From the NCBI GenBank assembly GCA_964426185.1, contig CAYRPF010000065.1, forward strand, positions 11,367 through 19,620: a stretch of 8,254 bases of DNA, in the 5' to 3' direction. Below are positions 5,445 through 8,254 of this stretch, in pieces (position 1 is the first letter of the stretch; the number at the start of each line of letters is the position of its first letter). A model generated the notes under the pieces. It saw only the letters and a program-made list of their open reading frames with translations. It did not search any database and was not told where the DNA came from. A program made the position numbers and the translations under genes. The stretch is from an uncultured archaeon. Its GTDB lineage: Archaea > Asgardarchaeota > Lokiarchaeia > Sigyniarchaeales > Promethearchaeaceae.

Positions 5445-7025
5445 AATTAATATCACAGTTCCAAAGGCAGATACTATGACTATGAATTCAAAGTAGCCTG
5501 GGATTGAAAGATTTGAGGAATTATTCGAATCGTCATTAGTTACAGAATCATCTGAAACCCCATCATCTGAACTGCTATCATCATCAGAGGTAGTATCATC
5601 GGTGCTGTTTGGTGTTAAAATTCCTTGGCTGTTCAAAATGAAAACTCCACTATCTTGCAACTCATATGCACCGGTTACGGCAAAATCTTTCTTTCCATCG
5701 TTGTTATGGTCACTTAGCAGTGCCATGTCATAAATTTTAATGGCAGATGGATTCAGCCAATATCCTGATCCCGAAACTGTTTTCTTCCAGTACCATGTTG
5801 CATTATTTCCGTACAAGACTCCCGTGGTTCCAGTTCCGCCTACGGCGTATTCTGGAATGCCATCTCCCGTAAGGTCTTCCAACTTAAGAAAGCGAGTAAC
5901 TTGACCACCTGGAAGAGTATTATTTGCTATTAGGTTGCCGAAAGTGAGTGAAGTAATATTTACATCGAAAATCAACACTTCACCATCCCAATTTCCCGTT
6001 ATAACCTCTGGGTAAGAATCACCATTAATATCATTGTAGACGATGAGATCTCTGTAGGTGCTACCGCGATTGGTCATATTCCATAAAAGATTGCCGTTGG
6101 CACCATTCAATACATATAATCCAGATCGCGAAGTAGCTATAACTTCCGGAATTCCATCGTTGGTCATATCTTTAATCGTGGCCACACTCCCGATTCTTGA
6201 CTCAAGATCGATTTGCCAAATTAAAGCATTTGCTGAGTGATTGGTGGATATAGCGGCAACAAAAGTATAATATCCCGCAATAATATCATCATATCCTATA
6301 CCAGTTGCATCTAAATTTGAAATAGGCACAAGTCTGGTATGAAATTTGCGGAAATCAACATCGGTAGACCCATCAGTAAATTGATAAAAGGTCGTCCCTT
6401 GATTTGGTGTCTGCAAATTCATTAATCCTACTATCTTTCCACCTGTACTTAATGCAGCAACTTCAAGATCTTGATCATCGTCAAAATTACCTGCGCAAAT
6501 GCTTATCAAGGGTGAATCCGAAAAAGTAGACTTTCCATTATCTTGTACGGTGGGTGCAGTCGTATAGGATGGATTTGCTGCTTCTTGCCGTACCATTGTC
6601 CCAGCATCAGAACCTTGAGTTATGTATATAATTTTTGAGTTTTGGTCTTGTGGATCCACATATTTTATCATACCTGGGACTGCATCATCATTGTCGTTCA
6701 TTATTTTTGCTAAACTGGTCGATTCGTTAGCATAATAACCTTGTAATCCTCGCCAGCTACCGCTTCCGGTGGTTCCCACCATTAACATATCAGTAGCGTT
6801 TGTATCTCCTTCAATTGCATTTATCCCTGCTACTGTTAATCCTTGAACGCCTCCCAAATTCTGAGCATAAATGATTTGACCTATCCTTTTATAGGTTGTC
6901 GTTTGAGAATTTGGTTGGTTATAATTAGCAGAATTGCTTACGGGAAAATAATTCATGATCAATGAAAGAAAAAGAAATATAATTGCCATAGAGCGAACAA
7001 ATCCGCTCTTGTTGAATTCTTCCAT
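5406..7025 (-). CDS. Secreted or cell-surface FG-GAP/VCBS-like repeat beta-propeller protein with C-terminal Loki-CTERM-like sorting signal
   Basis: N-terminal hydrophobic signal (MAIIFLFLSLIM). Ca-binding Dx[DN]xDG-type loops: NFDDDQDLEV, NLDATGIGYDDI, DMTNDGIPEV, DINGDSYPEV, DLTGDGIPEY, DHNNDGKKDF. Many N-x-S/T sequons, a Ser/Asp-rich linker, and terminal IPGY + TM helix + KRK. Confidence 0.85.
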   Translation of the reverse strand: MEEFNKSGFVRSMAIIFLFLSLIMNYFPVSNSANYNQPNSQTTTYKRIGQIIYAQNLGGVQGLTVAGINAIEGDTNATDMLMVGTTGSGSWRGLQGYYANESTSLAKIMNDNDDAVPGMIKYVDPQDQNSKIIYITQGSDAGTMVRQEAANPSYTTAPTVQDNGKSTFSDSPLISICAGNFDDDQDLEVAALSTGGKIVGLMNLQTPNQGTTFYQFTDGSTDVDFRKFHTRLVPISNLDATGIGYDDIIAGYYTFVAAISTNHSANALIWQIDLESRIGSVATIKDMTNDGIPEVIATSRSGLYVLNGANGNLLWNMTNRGSTYRDLIVYNDINGDSYPEVITGNWDGEVLIFDVNITSLTFGNLIANNTLPGGQVTRFLKLEDLTGDGIPEYAVGGTGTTGVLYGNNATWYWKKTVSGSGYWLNPSAIKIYDMALLSDHNNDGKKDFAVTGAYELQDSGVFILNSQGILTPNSTDDTTSDDDSSSDDGVSDDSVTNDDSNNSSNLSIPGYFEFIVIVSAFGTVILILMDKRKNVVQKC

Positions 7026-7224
7026 ACTATTTCATTTTTTTCTGGTGCTAAAAATCTTTGGGGTTAAATATTGCTTTTTGTCTGATGTTACTTATATATC
7101 AAAAAAATACTTCTTTTTTACATGAATATGGGATCTCCATTATTGCTAACCCTTTAAACCCTCAAATCTATTATATTTTGGTATAGATTTTTTGATAAAA
7201 ATAAGAACCTTAGTTGTGTTGTAT

Positions 7225-8139
7225 ATGCAAGTCGAATATAAATTCTACGAACCTAATAAAGGATGGGAAGAAATTCAAGCTAATCTTTACAATAACGTAC
7301 TCGAAAGAATGCCATATTCCGTTTTCCATCCGGTTAATGCCGAAAGGATTAAAGAACGTTTTAATTACGAAAAAAAAGATCCGCAAATGATCCGCTATGC
7401 TATTTCTGAATCAGGCGAACCCTTGGCTTATATTCAAGCTTCTTTGTCGGGAAATCAAGTTTGGATAGGATACCCGTGGGGGGTGGAAAAATGTCCCCCA
7501 GAAGTGCAAGAAAAACTATTTTCAGATTTGTTCACATATGTTAAAGAAAAGTATCCTGACAAGGAATTGGTTATGGGATACATTTCTAAATCTTGGCAGG
7601 CGATGCATGATTTTGCCAAAAAACACGGGTTTGAAATTTCCGATATCGCCGATTTTTACGGAATTGAACTTGATGCCGTTTCTAAACCAAGTGATTTTAG
7701 TTCTCCATATTCCTGCCGTATTGCCACCGTAGAGGATGTTCCTATCTTGCTGGAAATTTCCGAAGCAGACCCTACATTACGAAATGCTTTTGTCACCATG
7801 GAGGAATTTGAGAACTATTATAAAAATCGCGTGATTTCCACCAACACAGTGGTGCTGATATTTGTGGAAGATAAATTGGTAGCTGCGGGAGCGCCGTTAC
7901 AGCAGTTCTATAAGGGTGTTTTCTTCCGTTTCCAAGCTTTAAGACCAGGATACGAAGAATATTGGCCCGCTTTGGCTTACGAAATTGCTCAACTAAGTAA
8001 ATCACTAAAATGGAATTTTCCGCTCCTATTTGCTTCATTTGATAAAGAAGCATGGAAAATTATTGAACCGAACCTGGAGAAATTGGGCGCCAAATTGGTA
8101 GATACTCAAATATTGCATAAATACATGGTGAATCCTTAA
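7225..8139 (+). CDS. Hypothetical protein, probable tandem GNAT-fold
   Basis: Long ORF, with ATG 7225 preferred over TTG 7192. GNAT-like segments: FAKKHGFE ending domain 1, CRIATVEDVPILLEI and LIFVEDKLVAAG in domain 2, and LEKLGAK. The canonical R/QxxGxG/A acetyl-CoA motif is not evident. Confidence 0.6.
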   Translation: MQVEYKFYEPNKGWEEIQANLYNNVLERMPYSVFHPVNAERIKERFNYEKKDPQMIRYAISESGEPLAYIQASLSGNQVWIGYPWGVEKCPPEVQEKLFSDLFTYVKEKYPDKELVMGYISKSWQAMHDFAKKHGFEISDIADFYGIELDAVSKPSDFSSPYSCRIATVEDVPILLEISEADPTLRNAFVTMEEFENYYKNRVISTNTVVLIFVEDKLVAAGAPLQQFYKGVFFRFQALRPGYEEYWPALAYEIAQLSKSLKWNFPLLFASFDKEAWKIIEPNLEKLGAKLVDTQILHKYMVNP

Positions 8140-8254
8140 ATAATCAGCAAGAATTCGGAAATTTAAAAGAAAAAATCCGTTTTCTTTAGTTCCAGATTTA
8201 TATTTATTTTTTCGTGACATTTTTTTATTTTCCTTCTCATATTGTATTTTTAGC

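Noticed and set aside
3596-8220. Short ORFs 3596-3814, 4203-4481, 6058-6240, 7538-7732, 7793-8053 and 8035-8220
   Set aside because: All overlap well-supported genes on the opposite strand or in another frame, with no motifs.
1-8254. A single functional operon or defence island linking Mod, Trx, TBP, SDR, radical SAM and FG-GAP genes
   Set aside because: Mixed orientations, separate promoter-like signals and unrelated functions. No evidence of co-regulation from this window alone.

Overview
AT-rich archaeal DNA, most likely an Asgard archaeon (Lokiarchaeia/Promethearchaeota). This is inferred from a TATA-binding protein gene, archaeal-style TATA and AGGTGA ribosome-binding signals, and a surface protein ending in an IPGY-TM-basic (Loki-CTERM-like) sorting tail. 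Gene order: long Type III Mod-like beta-class DNA methyltransferase (open from the window edge, with an in-frame 9-bp minisatellite, no res gene downstream), WCGDC thioredoxin, a 431-bp intergenic region with several hairpins and long-range inverted repeats, a TBP with an unusual Ser/Lys-rich N-terminal extension, an SDR (minus strand), a 3'-truncated SplB/Rv2578c-like radical SAM gene, a secreted FG-GAP-repeat surface protein (minus strand), and a GNAT-like protein. I cannot show a complete new multi-gene system. The best candidates for novelty are the structured non-coding region upstream of tbp and the extended, divergent TBP itself.
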